The position numbers were made by a program, and so were the translations under genes. The notes beneath the pieces are model-generated. The model was not told the origin of the DNA. It searched no databases and worked only from the letters and a program-made list of their open reading frames with translations. A stretch of DNA of 64,000 nt from Macrostomum lignano (taxonomy: Eukaryota): assembly GCA_002269645.1 (NCBI GenBank), contig NIVC01001334.1:247910-311909 (forward strand). The letters run 5' to 3'. Shown here piece by piece: positions 36,245 to 49,049 of this stretch; position 1 is the stretch's first letter; every line of letters begins with the position of its first letter.

Positions 36245-37522
36245 TCGGGGTCTGGGTTGGTGGGTCAGGTAAAGAGTCAGGGTTTGAGTTGGTGGGTCAG
36301 GTAAAGAGTCAAGGTTTGAGTTGGTGGGTCAAGTAAAGATTCAGGGTTTGAGTTGGTGGGTCAGGTTAGGAGTCAGGGTGTAATTTGGTGGGTCAGGTAA
36401 GGAGTCAGGGTCTGACAGGGTCTGAGTTGGTCGTTCAGGTAAGGAGTCAGGGTCTGAGTGGGGGTCAGGTAAGGAGGCAGGGTCTGAGTGGGTGGGTCAG
36501 GTAAGAAGTCAGGGTCTGAGTGGGCGGGTCTAATTCAATGTCAGGGTCTGAGTGGGCGGGTTAATTCAATGTCAGGGTCTGAGTGGGCGGTCTAATTCAG
36601 GGTCAGGGTCTGAGTGGGCGGTCTAATTCAATGTCAGGGTCTGAGTGGGCGGGTCTAATTCAGGGTCAGGGTCTGAGTGGGCGGGTCTAATTCAGGGTCA
36701 GGGTCTGAGTGGGCGGGTCTAATTCAATGGGGTCAGGGTCTGAGTGGGCGGGTCAGGTAAGGAGGCAGGGTCTGAGTGGGCGGGTCAGGTGGGCAGGTCT
36801 AATTCAGGGTCAGGGTCTGAGTGGGCGGGTCTAATTCAGGGTCAGGGTCTGAGTGGGCGGGTCTAATTCAGGGTCAGGGTCTGAGTGGGCGGGTCTAATT
36901 CAGGGTCAGGGTCTGAGTGGGCGGGTCTAATTCAGGGTCAGGGTCTGAGTGGGCGGGTCTAATTCAAGGGTCAGGGTCTGAGTGGGCGGGTCTAATTCAG
37001 GGTCAGGGTCTGAGTGGGCGGGTCTAATTCAAGGGTCAGGGTCTGAGTGGGCGGGTCTAATTCAGGGTCAGGGTCTGAGTGGGCGGGTCTAATTCAATGT
37101 CAGGGTCTGAGTGGGCGGGTCTAATTCAATGTCAGGGTCTGAGTGGGCGGGTCTAATTCAGGGTCAGGGTCTGAGTGGGCGGGTCAGGTAAGGAGGCAGG
37201 GTCTGAGTGGGCGGGTCAGGTGGGCAGGTCTAATTCAGGGTCAGGGTCTGAGTGGGCGGGTCTAATTCAGGGTCAGGGTCTGAGTGGGCGGGTCTAATTC
37301 AGGGTCAGGGTCTGAGTGGGCGGGTCTAATTCAGGGTCAGGGTCTGAGTGGGCGGGTCTAATTCAGGGTCAGGGTCTGAGTGGGCGGGTCTAATTCAGGG
37401 TCAGGGTCTGAGTGGGCGGGTCTAATTCAAGGGTCTGAGTGGGCGGGTCTGAGTGGGCGGGTCTAATTCAGGGTCAGGGTCTGAGTGGGCGGGTCTAATT
37501 CAGTCAGTCAGGGGGTCTAATT
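36245..37522. repeat. 32-bp G-rich minisatellite (AGGGTCAGGGTCTGAGTGGGCGGGTCTAATTC)
   Basis: ~30 homogeneous copies plus a degenerate 5' part. Confidence 0.95.
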
Positions 37523-37794
37523 CAAGTCTAAATGCTCTCTCTTCTCGCAGCGGACTAATAAAGAAGCAATTTCTAATGTGGGCCGGAGAAAAGGGGCCCA
37601 GATAATCTCGGGCTGGCAGTTCAGTCAGCGCGAGTCCAAATTTCGGCACAGTCAAGATAAGCTGCTGCCATGAAGACGATTTTTGCGACGGTTGAAATGT
37701 ATTAGAGATTTCATGTATATTAGATTTACCTTTATCTGAGATTAATGTACAGTACATGTATCCAAGGTTACACATATCTGTTCAGAAGTAAATC

Positions 37795-38330
37795 TATCAG
37801 AGATTACATCTATTCGATATTACATCTATCCGATATTACATCTAACCGATATTACATCTAACCGATATTACATCTATCCGATATTGCATCTAACCGATAT
37901 TACATCTATCCGATATTGCATCTAACCGATATTACATCTATCCGATATTGCATCTAACCGATATTACATCTATCCGATATTGCATCTAACCGATATTACA
38001 TCCATCCGATATTACATTATCTATCCGATATTACATCTATCCGATATTGCATCTAACCGATATTACATCTATCCGATATTGCATCTAACCGATATTACAT
38101 CTATCCGATATTGCATCTAACCGATATTACATCCATCCGATATTACATTATCTATCCGATATTACATCTATCCGATATTACATCTATCCGATATTACATC
38201 TATCCGATATTAAAGTATCTATCCGATATACAGTATCTATCCGATATTACATAATCTATCCGATATTAAAGTATCTATCCGGTATTACATAATCTATCCG
38301 ATATTAAAGTATCTATCCGATATTCCATCT
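37795..38330. repeat. 16-bp minisatellite (ATATTACATCTATCCG) just upstream of the GPCR
   Basis: ~30 copies ending at an acceptor-like CTAACAG (38336). Confidence 0.95.
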
Positions 38331-38379
38331 AACAGAGATTGCCCCCGTGACCCGACCCCCTCCCCCCACGCCCAGCAGC

Positions 38380-40620
38380 ATGCACTCGAGCTTCCCTCAC
38401 TGGCTCAACAAGTCGACTGGCAACGGGTCAGCAACCGAGGCCGCGTTGCTGCGCCTTCGCTACTCCGCGCCCGAGGCCGCTGTGATCGGCCTCAGCGTCC
38501 TGGTCATCTGGGTGCTGGTGGTGCTCGGCAACCTGCTGGTCATTGTTGCCATCGCCCGCGACCGAAAGGTGGCCACGCTGCAGAACTGGTTCCTGGCCTC
38601 CTTGGCCTTCGCCGACCTGCTGCTGGGCCTGCTGGTGATGCCGTTTTCCCTCACCAACCAGCTGCTTGGCGCCTGGGTGTTCGGCGCCAAGTGGTGCGAG
38701 CTCTGGCTGGCTATCGACGTTCTGATGTGCACCGCCAGCATCATGAACCTGTGCCTCATCAGCCTGGACCGCTACTGGAGCATGTCCCGGGCCCTGGTCT
38801 ATCATAGGCAGCGGACCCGGTCCCGGGCGGCTCTCATGATTGCCGTGGTGTGGTTTCTGTCAGCCGGGGTCTGCCTGCCGCCTCTGCTCGGCTGGCGGAA
38901 GCCGCAGGTCAGCGAAGTGCGCTGCGAACTCACCGACGAGATTGGCTACGTTGTCTACTCCAGCATGGGCAGCTTCTACATCCCCATGCTCATCATGGTG
39001 GTGGTGTACGCGAAGATCTTCCAGAGAGCTCGGCAGCGGGTGCGGCGTCGGCAGCTGATTCACTCGGTGAACATGGCGGCGCTGAGGAATTCCGCGGATC
39101 AGCTACGGGTGAGTTGAGTCTGGCCTCTGAATCGTCTAAAAATCTAACATGTGGTGCCACAATTGCCTCAATCATTAACAAATGTGTATTTAGTGGCTAT
39201 CGAACCATTGACATTGGGTTCGTTGGTGGGTGATGCCTCATGAACATTGGGTTAGTGGTGGGTGATGCCTCATGAACATTGGGTTGGTTGGTGGGTGATG
39301 ACTCATGAACATTGGGTTGGTTGGTGGGTGATGTCTCATGAACATTGGGTTGGTTGGGATGACTCATGAAAATTGGGTTGGTTGGTGGGAGATGACTCAT
39401 GAACTTTGGGTTGGTGGGTGGGTGATGCCTCATGAACATTGGGTTGGTTGTTGGTGATGTCTCATGAACATTCGAGTGGTTTGTGGGTGATGACTCATGA
39501 ACATTGGCTTGGTTGGTGGGTGATGTCTTATGAACATTGGGTTGGTTCGTGGGTGATGACTCATGAACATTGGGTTGGTTGGTGGGTGATGACTCATGAA
39601 CATTGGGTTGGTTGGTGGGTGATGTCTTATGAACATTCGAGTAGTTTGTGGGTGATGACTCATGAACATTGGGTTGGTTGGTGGGTGATGTCTTATGAAC
39701 ATTGGGTTGGTGGGTGGGTGATGACTCATGAACATTGGGTTGGTTGGTGGGTGATGTCTTATGAACATTGGGTTGGTGGGTGGGTGATGACTCATGAACA
39801 TTGGGTTGGTTGGTGGGTGATGCCTCATGAACATTGGGTTGGTTGGTGGGTGATGTCTTATGAACATTGGGTTGGTGGGTGGGTGATGACTCATGAACAT
39901 TGGGTTGGTTGGTGGGTGATGCCTCATGAACATTGGGTTGGTTGGTGGGTGATGTCTTATGAACATTCGAGTGGTTTGTGGGTGATGTCTCATGAACATT
40001 GGGTTGGTTCGTGGGTGATGACTCATGAACTTTGGGTTTGTTGATGGCTTATAGTTCAGAGTATTTAATTACGAGCGGTCCGGTCTCAAATCTACACCTT
40101 GCTCAACACAAAACCAACTGCCCATCAGACCCGAACATCGTCCAAACCGTCTTCAAGCAAGTCGGTATCGCCCGGAGACACGGATCGAGCAGATGAAAAA
40201 TCGGACTGCGCGGTCACCGAGCGACGAAATCAATCCGAGGAGGAGGAGGAGGACGCCGATGAGGGCATCGTCCCGGTCGACTCTGAGGCGGACGGCGGCG
40301 GTGGCGGCGGCAACAGCACAGTGGTCGAGCCGCTGACTGAGCTCAGCGAGGCTCTGCAGCGGAAGAGGCGACTAGCGAAGGCCAAGGAGCGCCGGGCAAC
40401 CCTCGTCCTCGGCCTCATCATGGGCGCCTTCGTGCTCTGCTGGTTTCCCTTCTTCACCACCTACCTGCTGCACATCCTCTGCCGCTGCGTGTCTCACCTT
40501 GTCTTCGACTTTTTCTTCTGGCTTGGCTACTGCAACAGCGCCATCAACCCGGTGATTTACACCGTGTTCAATAAGGACTTTAGGCAGGCGTTCAGACGAA
40601 TTCTCACCTGCAGAGCCTGA
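38380..40620 (+). CDS. ADRA2: Alpha-2-adrenergic-like biogenic amine GPCR, 2 exons, ~406 aa
   Basis: Exons 38380-39108 and 40129-40620 (phase 0). GN in TM1, LAFAD in TM2, TM3 Asp (AIDVLMCTASI), DRY, TM5 SSMGSF, KERRATLVL..CWFPFF, FFWLGYCNSAINPVIY, DFRQAFRRIL..C. Confidence 0.9.
39200..40040. repeat. 33-bp minisatellite in the GPCR intron (CATGAACATTGGGTTGGTTGGTGGGTGATGACT)
   Basis: ~25 copies; explains the 11-aa-period ORFs. Confidence 0.95.
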
Positions 40621-41947
40621 CAATCAACAAAGTAAATTAAGCAGATCTGTCAGGACGAATTAACCTGGAGCGTGACTTCTTGAATCCCAAATACTCTCCT
40701 ACTCAGTGACGTGGCTGTTTATTGGGGAAGCCGGATGCATTGGCATAATTATTTTTGATTTGTTGAAGCTTCTTTAAGCCTTTGCTAATTTGCACGAGTC
40801 GCACAGGTAGTCTCGTACTGCAGGCGAGAGAAGCCGCGCAAATCAAATCATTTTTTTTCGAAAGCTTTTGAGATCCATTTTTTAAAGAAAGCACATAATT
40901 AGTCACAATCGATCCATTTGGTTGAAGGCGCACTTGAATCCGTGTCGAACTGAAAAAAATCAATAGAGTCCATTTCTCTGAGTGCTCATTTTTTCTGAGA
41001 TCGAACCAGCCGCCGAGGAAGTTGCTAATTAGAAAGAGTGCCGGCCTGCAGTCACCTGGAAGCAGCGGCGCCAGAATCTGTACAGGTTTTACACACTTTC
41101 CATGTAAAGAGGCTGAAAATTCATTTTGAGCTGTGTCACAAAATTTGCCAGAGTTTCTACTTTAACTGTGTAGAGCCTTAAGCAATTTGTACGCAACACG
41201 TTGTTTACATCGAGAATAGGATTGTATAGGATATTTACTATTAACGAAAAAGTCGTAATTTCACTTGACGTGGAATCTGTTACGATTGTAGGCAAGTATA
41301 TGGCTTCTTCTGGTTCAGCCGGTGTCTGTTCAAATGATCTCAATCGGAAACGAACGTCAGTCGCTGACCATCCAGACGAGTGCAGCATGCGCCGGCCTTG
41401 GACTGAAGGCTTGCGTGACGAATTCGCATATTTGCAGTTGTGTACTGGTTAAATGTCTGCGATTGTAACGTTGGCCATCTGAAATTTGTTGTACCTTCAT
41501 GACGCGTGACACGTGATTTACTCGTAGTGACATTCGATTTTTAAGCGGAGTGTCTGACGTGGAGACATTTTTTCGGAACTTTTTTGCACAAAATGAATCA
41601 GCTAGTCTTATCTGGTGAAGTAGAAAGCGCATCAACCGTTTTAAAGCAAAACTTTTTTTTCGCGTCTCTGCAGCGTCATTAGAACTACGAGCGAAACTCT
41701 TATTATCTAGACCTGCAGGTAAAATCTGAGCAGCGAAGCTCAACCCTGCCTGCCTGGCCGCCCCATGATTGAGCACGCGGGCGCGATAAGCCACCGCGGG
41801 CGGACTTGGACTTCATCTGACAGGGAAAGGGCAGGGGGAGTCCGCCGCGGGCTACATAAAGTACAAGCTGACGAAAGCAGAGCTAAGAATCGGTGCACAA
41901 AATTCAGCAAACATTGTGCACTATTCTGCTAGGAGTGCTGCATCAAC

Positions 41948-43897
41948 ATGAACGGGGCTCGGGCAGACGGCAGGCTGTCTTATGACCAGCTGCTAATCAA
42001 TGCCACAGTAGGTTTCGTTGCCGCTCTAGCCGTATCCGTTTTGGCTTTGTTCTCCGTCGACTGGAACTGCGGTCTGTGCTTCGCAGGGCTTGGTAAGTTC
42101 CACAGCTGCAGCATGCATGGCGTTTCATAACCCTCGATGCTCTCTTGATCCCTTGGTGCTGGCGCCCAACAATGACGTTCCTTACATGTACAATGGCACC
42201 CCGAAGAAGCACCCTACTATTGCGCCTTAAAATTGATGCTCCCCCGAGATGGCGCCTCTGGCACTGGTGCCTCAAAGTCGACGTTCTTCGACTTGAAATC
42301 AAATTTAGAAATCAAGCCCGTTGGTCAATCGATTCGCGTGATTCACGTTTCTTTTCTGTGTTAATTTTAAAGATTTTACACCTGATTGCTCTTCCAGTCT
42401 TGGCATCGGTTCTGCTAGCCGCCGGCGCCGCTGCCTGCCAGTACATTCGACGCAAGGAGCCGTCCGATTCGCTCAGCTGGCGCGGCTTCATCACCAGCGT
42501 GCTGCTGAGGCTTTTCGTCGAAACGATCGCCCGCTACTCGCTGAGCGCCAACCGCAAAGCGTACAAGTCGTGCAGTTCGATCCGAGCGGCGCAGGAGAAA
42601 ACGCTGATGCGAATTGTGCGCCAGAGCCGGGACACGCTGTTCGGCCGCGATCACCGATTCGCTGAGATTCACAGCATCGAGGACTATCGAGCCCTCGTGC
42701 CCGTGAGAGACTACGCCCAGCTCGATAAGTACAACCAATTGGCCTACAGAGGTGAACCCGATGTTTTCTTCAAGGGACGCGCCGATTACCTGGCCAAGAC
42801 AAGCGGAACCACGGGAAAGAACAAGACTTTTCCCATGGCAAAACGGTACCGGATGCAGCAGATATGGGGCTTCTTCGCCAATATGTCCTGCAGCGAGGTC
42901 TTTCTTGCCAAAGTCGGCCGGCGAGAAACAATGGCTCCTCAGCTGTACCTGGCAGTGCTGTCAGGCGACAGGCAAAATGAATTCGGAATTGACATTGGCC
43001 CGCTTTCAAAGTACTTCTTTTCTAACGGTGAGACAAAAATTTCAGCTTGTGCACAGTTCTTAGCAATAATTGAAGCACCGAATGCAGTAGTTCGATGCTG
43101 GTAACGTTTTGGTTCAGAGGCCCAGGTAACATTATTTTCAAACTGTTTCGTCATGTTTAGCATCACAAAAATTCACTTCAGGAGAAATCTACGCCACACC
43201 GGATGAGGTTTTCACAAGAATTCACGACTCGGATGCGTGCTTCTATCTGCACGCGGTGTTCGCCCTGTCCTTGGAGCGGATTGGATCCGCTTTAGCATTC
43301 TTCCCGACAAACCTGATCTCTTTCATGCGCTGCCTGAACTCCAACTGGGACTCGGTGCTGTCTGACATTGAGAACGGCAAGCTTCTCTGGAGAAAACGAC
43401 AGAGAAGAGTCTCCAGGCGGGTGCAATGCTCAGCATTGGGCAACTCGGGTGCACCATGGTCGACTTCACGGCAACCGACTGCTTTCTGTACGAGCCGCTT
43501 GTTAACACGTCGCGCGGGAGCAAGTACTATGTGCTCTTTGTAGAGCTGGACGGAGATAAATGTTTGAACGATGAGGAAAAGCTGCTGGTACGTTAGGTCA
43601 GATAGTTTGTACCAAGATGAGTTCTAAAAATTAAATCGCTATTATACCCATAGTGCACAACTTATGAAATTTTAGTTTGATAAGTCGCTGATGGACAGCT
43701 GCGAAAACTACAAACTGTTTCGAACCGAAGGGCACATCGATTCGATGCATGTCGTACAAGTTGGTCGCGGTGCATTCGCAGACCTCAGACGCACTATGAT
43801 GGAGCTAAATAAGGACATCAGTGAGACTCAGTTCAAGATGCCGAGGGTTTTGAAGACGGGCGAGCATGTGAAGTGCCTGCTGAAGCATCGTCTGTAA
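41948..43897 (+). pseudogene. GHDC: GH3/GHDC-like paralog A with a large frameshifting internal deletion
   Basis: Exons 41948-42092, 42398-43028, ~43181-43588 and 43676-43897. KTSGTTGKNK and QFKMPR are present. At ~43385, IENGKL is fused out of frame to LEKTTEKSLQ, so ~184 codons present in paralog B are missing. Confidence 0.8.
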
Positions 43898-44360
43898 CAG
43901 CTGGTTTCGTACCGTTCAAAAGATTTTTGATGCAGGAAGCTAAACCTTTAGCAAAGACTTTCGTAGAAGTGTTATTTCATACGCTTTCCCTATGCCCTTA
44001 GCTCGTATTCTTACGAAACTAAAGATTGATTTACACGTTAATTATATCAACTACGAGCAAATAGCTTTATATTTAAATTGATCTTTTCAATAAAACAAAG
44101 AATTCTGCTTAGTCTGTTAATTTTTAACCTGTTTATCTTCTCTATTTTATTCTCCATTAATTTGTTTGCCCAGCATTCAGCAAAAAAAGTTCAATCGAAT
44201 CAAACTATGTACTTTTACATCAATTTTTCTACTCTATGGCACAGCTCCGAGTATTAAGGATTCCAGGGAGAGTCTACAGCAAAAAGTTCTGTGGCTAATT
44301 AAGACAATAATCTCTGCATTTGCGGCAAGATCAGGCTGCGACCATTCGTAGCGAAGCAGC

Positions 44361-46308
44361 ATGTCACCCTCATGCACGGCCGCATTGATGGAGAACCGTT
44401 TCAGCCTCGATCCGGAGACAAAAAATCTGAGATTGAAGCGATTCCCCATTCCGGAGTCCCAAGGCTATGACCCCATGGGGATTCTGGACGCCAATTATCA
44501 CGGCAGTGCCGAGCTGCTGATGAGGCAGCGCTGCAAGAGCTGGTTCCGCATGGACATGTTCGTTCTGGACCGCTTGTTGGAGGCGCCTCTGATTCCATTC
44601 TGTCTGCACTTGTTTTGCGACATCTGGTCCTTTCACCGCAGTCTCGAAGGAGATCCAGCACCCATTGTTGATGTCATCAAGCTGGTCCGGCTGGCCAGAA
44701 CGATATCGGAAAAGTACAGCAGCATCAACTACTACCACACCGCCATCCATGGCATGGACGTGGCGCAGTCGATGAGCTGCCTGCTGCGCGTCGCTCTGAA
44801 GCTGGGGGTCCTGACTTTGGAAAGGCAGGAGCTCTTCATCGCGGTGCTGTCAGCCCTGATGCACGACATCAACCATCCGGGTGTCACGTACGACTACTTC
44901 TACGACAAGGTGATTAAGAACTTCTTCAAGTCGAAAAACATGGTCAGCAACGAGAACCCACTGACAAACGAACCGCTTCGTACGTCCATTCACCAGCGGT
45001 TTAGCAGAAGCTCGTCAAAAAGTAAGAGGCAGTACAGGTCTGTGTGAAAACTTTAGTTTGCAGGGGGCTGTAGGCATCCTGGCGCAACGAATTTGACTTC
45101 TATAGTGCTATAGGAAGACACCAAAAGACGAATAGTTACAGACATATCTGTCTAAGTAAAAAATATTACCTATGTGTCGTTCCTGCAGGGCGCTACCTGC
45201 ACTCTCTGGAGTCGCACCAAGCCAACATGTCGGTCTCGGCGCTGCTCTGCAGCAGTCTGATTTCTCACCTGCCCGAGCAACGTCAGCGACAGCTCTGCGA
45301 GTTGATGTCCAGCTTGGTGGAGAGCACCGACATGAGCCTGCATCAGTCGCTCAGCACCGAGGTTTCTCGGCTGGCGACTCTGTTTGACAGCGGCTCTCCG
45401 CCCGAGATCGAATCCCAGGAGCGCCTCATCCTACTCTGCTTCATTCTCAAATGCAGCGACATCAGCAACCCGGCCAAGGAGTGGGATTATTATTTCACCT
45501 GGGCTAAACTCATCACCGCAGAATTTTTCGCCCAAGGCGACAAGGAGCGCTTCATCCGCGGCTGCCTCAATCCGAACAAGTTTGTGACGCATTTCTGCGA
45601 CAGAACCCTGGTGAACTTTGAGCATTCGCAGGTCGGGTTCATCAAGTTTATTCGAGTGAGTTCCGAAAGAAGGTCAATATTTTAGCTTGAGCTTGAAACT
45701 GGCAGGAAGACATTAATAAACTTGATCAGACTTTACATGATCAGAGTCTTGCGGGTCCCATTTGCTAGTTTAAAGCTCCTAGATTTGGACAATTTGAATT
45801 TTTTAGCTTGTAAAGTTTTTTTGTTGCACTACTACGAGTAACAACTTTGAAAGTGAGGGATATTTTTAGTTCTTGATGACTATGTCAAGTTTTCAGTTGG
45901 GGGAATTTCTTGTAGTATAAACTTTAAGACCGTTGTTCATCTCTGTAGCAGGTTTCGGTGGTCCAGCATTGACCCAAGCTTTCCGCGCCTCGCATGCAGG
46001 AATCCTTCCAGTTCCTGGACAGCATCATGCACTGCGGCCTGACCCGGCGCATCCTGCTTCGCTTGGACAGAAACCAGCAGATGATGATGAAGATTCGCGA
46101 CTTGAAGAAGTTCAGCACCGGTGTCGACGTGAAGTCTCCGCCAAGGAAGCTGGTGGTGACGCTGATGCTGAAGGGCCCGGCAGACCCGCAGCCGGCGACA
46201 CAGAAGCTGAAGTGCTGCCTGCTGCTGGGCAGCCGCGACCGCAGCAGCTGCATGCGCCGGTCCAAGCAGTCCATTGTGGTCTGCGACAAGATGCAGATCA
46301 TGTATTGA
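44361..46308 (+). CDS. Class I cyclic-nucleotide phosphodiesterase, catalytic domain only, 3 exons, ~464 aa
   Basis: Exons 44361-44979, 45189-45655 and ~46000-46308. YHTAIHG, HDINHPG, LESHQ, STDMSLH, LKCSDISNP and invariant Gln in SQVGFI. Confidence 0.85.
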
Positions 46309-47847
46309 GCCCAGCGATGCTTCTTCCTGCATTGAATTTGCTGCACAAGTTTTGTGTACACGTGTTTAGTTGGCACGATTTATTTGGCAGTATTACATGA
46401 AAATGACAAAAGTGATACTGCATTATTTTCAGAGCTATAGAGAAGCTACTAGCTATGGTCGCATTGAAATTTCAGAGTGCATCAACGGCTTTCAACTTAT
46501 TTGCTTATCTTGATAGACTCAGAGACGAATGCTGAAGACTAATGTGGTATTTCGATAATAATGAAAGTAGTACCTAAAAGGTAGAACAGGTAGGTATTCA
46601 TATGTGATTGCAGAATGACCCTGAAACCCAATTTCTGTGCACTTGTATTTTTGTTCCCTATTTTAAAGGATCCAACTGAAACATGCGAAGGTGTTAGTAC
46701 ATGCATCATCAAGTAACTTCTGCTTCGCCATCTTAAAATAAGAAAGATAGTGCCAACAATTAAACTTCCGTGAATTAATGGCTGGTGAAGAGCTGGTTTT
46801 AAGATTTCAATGAATCTTAGGAATACATGTGTATGCTTAAATCCTTTATTCCCACATGGCTTAGCCGTTTGAAATCTGCCGCAATGACCAACCAGTTAGT
46901 AACCAAGTATGTACACTGTTGTACGGGGCTTCGACCGGATTCGTCTATGGCTAAACCCCATGTGGAAGATGCTTGCTGTCTGGGCTATACGAGGTATGGT
47001 TAGCCTAAGAGTGTTGAAACGGGGTGAAGCGCACGGCAGCTCGCCCGCTGCAATTGTCTATGGCTAACTTCAATAAATAAAAAGACTCGTATGCATATAA
47101 GTATTTAGCTAATGTTATACATGTACCTCTTCGCAAGGGGGCTAAGCGCCCCCTTGACCACGCTGTCTTCTGACTGCCATAGACATTTTCAGCGGGCCGT
47201 GAAACCGACTGAATACAATGGAGTAAATGTGATTTTACCATAGACAGTTTCTCGCCCGCTAACTTTTAACACTAATATTGGTTGGTATATTGCTTTCTAT
47301 CTGGGGGATGCTTGCTATTTGCGGGGTGCTTGGGGATATTTTTTATTTAGGGAGAGTACCAGTTATTTTTGTGAAGGCTTTATTTCGTTGTCTTTTTGTT
47401 ACTTTTAGAGCTTCATAGCAAATATCTTTGTCAGTGACAATTTTACTGGAATAAGGTGCTTTATTAAACTTAAGAAGGAGTTGGTTCTCAAGAAAATGTG
47501 CTTTTTAATGGATTTGCATGAATAACTTTTGCTCCTTGCTTATTGGACGCACCGAAGGGGGCACTATAGATTGCTAGTCCATATACTAAAAATGGTTTGT
47601 CGGTATCTATCTATCTTTTTTGCTAAACCCGTTTAGAAAACACAACTGTATTTTTTAGCTTTGCCACTCTCTAAAACATTTTTCTCGAAAAAAAACTTGT
47701 GAATGCACTTTAGACGAAACGCTTAGGCTCGAAGTTCAGTGCTAAAAAAACTGAAAACTTGCCATCAAATTTCGGAGCGAAAACCGCAGTCTGTAGCAAA
47801 TTTGCAATTTGAGTTTTATATGGGTGAGAAATGATTAGTTTTAGCCC

Positions 47848-49049
47848 TCAGGACAGTCGGAAGGTTTTTGACTTCCTGTGGGCGAACTGTCCATACAGCG
47901 AGCCGGGCTCGTCGCGGGCCCCGTCAGTCGAACAGCCCTGCAGCCACAGCCCGGGCTGCCAGCCGGGGGCCGCCGCCATGGACGCCCGCGTGAGCTCGCG
48001 GCTCAGCGACCCCCGCTCGGAGCGCCGCAGACCGGCTGCCCCAAGCGGACGGCCGGCCACCGCGCCAAGGCTGGTCCGCGACCTCTGCAGCGACGCCTGC
48101 TGATGCTGCTGCCGATGATGCTGTGGATGCTGCAGCCAGTTCTGATGCTGAGTCTGCCAGACTCCAACAGCCTCGTCGCTGTCGGCAGCTGGCAGCGCGG
48201 GCACTCGGCCCGGAGACTGGAAGACGTACTGCTTGAACTGGGAGTTGGGCTGCTTGCGGAAGGTTGCCCAGTCGGCTGCTTGCTGGCGGAAGTCCTGCGT
48301 TTGGTAAAACTGCGTTGTAATCGGAAATTTTGCCGCGTCTATTTTCAGGCACCACTATGAATATTACAAGGACTACTTAAAAAGTAGGAAGCAGTGCTGG
48401 TCGATACGACTTGTATGTAGCTACAAAATTACCCCATTCTAGAGCTTTAAGTCCAAATGAAATCCTAATAATTTTTTTCCATTTATCCCCTGGGATGTAT
48501 CGACGTTTCTAGTTAACTGGCCCGACAAGTCCCCGATCGCAGTGCGCTTGGTTCGGAGCTTGGCTTGGCATTGTCCCGCCCAGTGGCGACAATTTCAACC
48601 GTGTCGCACATTACCTGACCGTTCTCCTGCTCCAGGCTGAGGTGGCTCACGATGCTCTGCACCTCTTCCAGCTGCTTCGCCGTCTCCCGCTGTCGCCGAA
48701 TCAGGTCGCGAGTCTCGCCGAAATCGACCAGCTGGCAGAGGCTCGCCGCGGCAGTCGAGCCGGTGGCCAGCAACGCCAGCGAAGGCGGCGGCTCCAGCTG
48801 AGGCGGCGGTGCAGCGGGCGGCTGTCCCGGCGGGGCGGCCATGCGGCTCCAGCGCACCCGGGTCGTCGCCATCTTCGACTGACGCGGCGTTCGTCGGCTG
48901 GTCGGCGCGCGAAGCTCGTCAACGCTGGCGGCTGCAGCAGCAGTGGAAGAAGACTCGCAGGTGCCGTTGTAGTCGTCGTGGTCCCCGGCAGCCGCCGGCC
49001 CCAACTGGACGTCAAGCGAGCGCCGGCTTGGAATGGAGGCCGAGGTCAT
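47848..49049 (-). CDS. Hypothetical low-complexity protein with a short coiled coil, 2 exons, ~298 aa
   Basis: 49049-48615 (ATG...ENGQ|gtaatg) joins in frame to 48309-47848 (cgcag|FYQTQDF...KTFRLS*). GC-rich and codon-like; no family recognised. Confidence 0.5.

Noticed and set aside
39197-40044. His/Pro/Met-rich and Trp-rich ORFs of about 200 aa
   Set aside because: They lie in the 33-bp repeat inside the GPCR intron.
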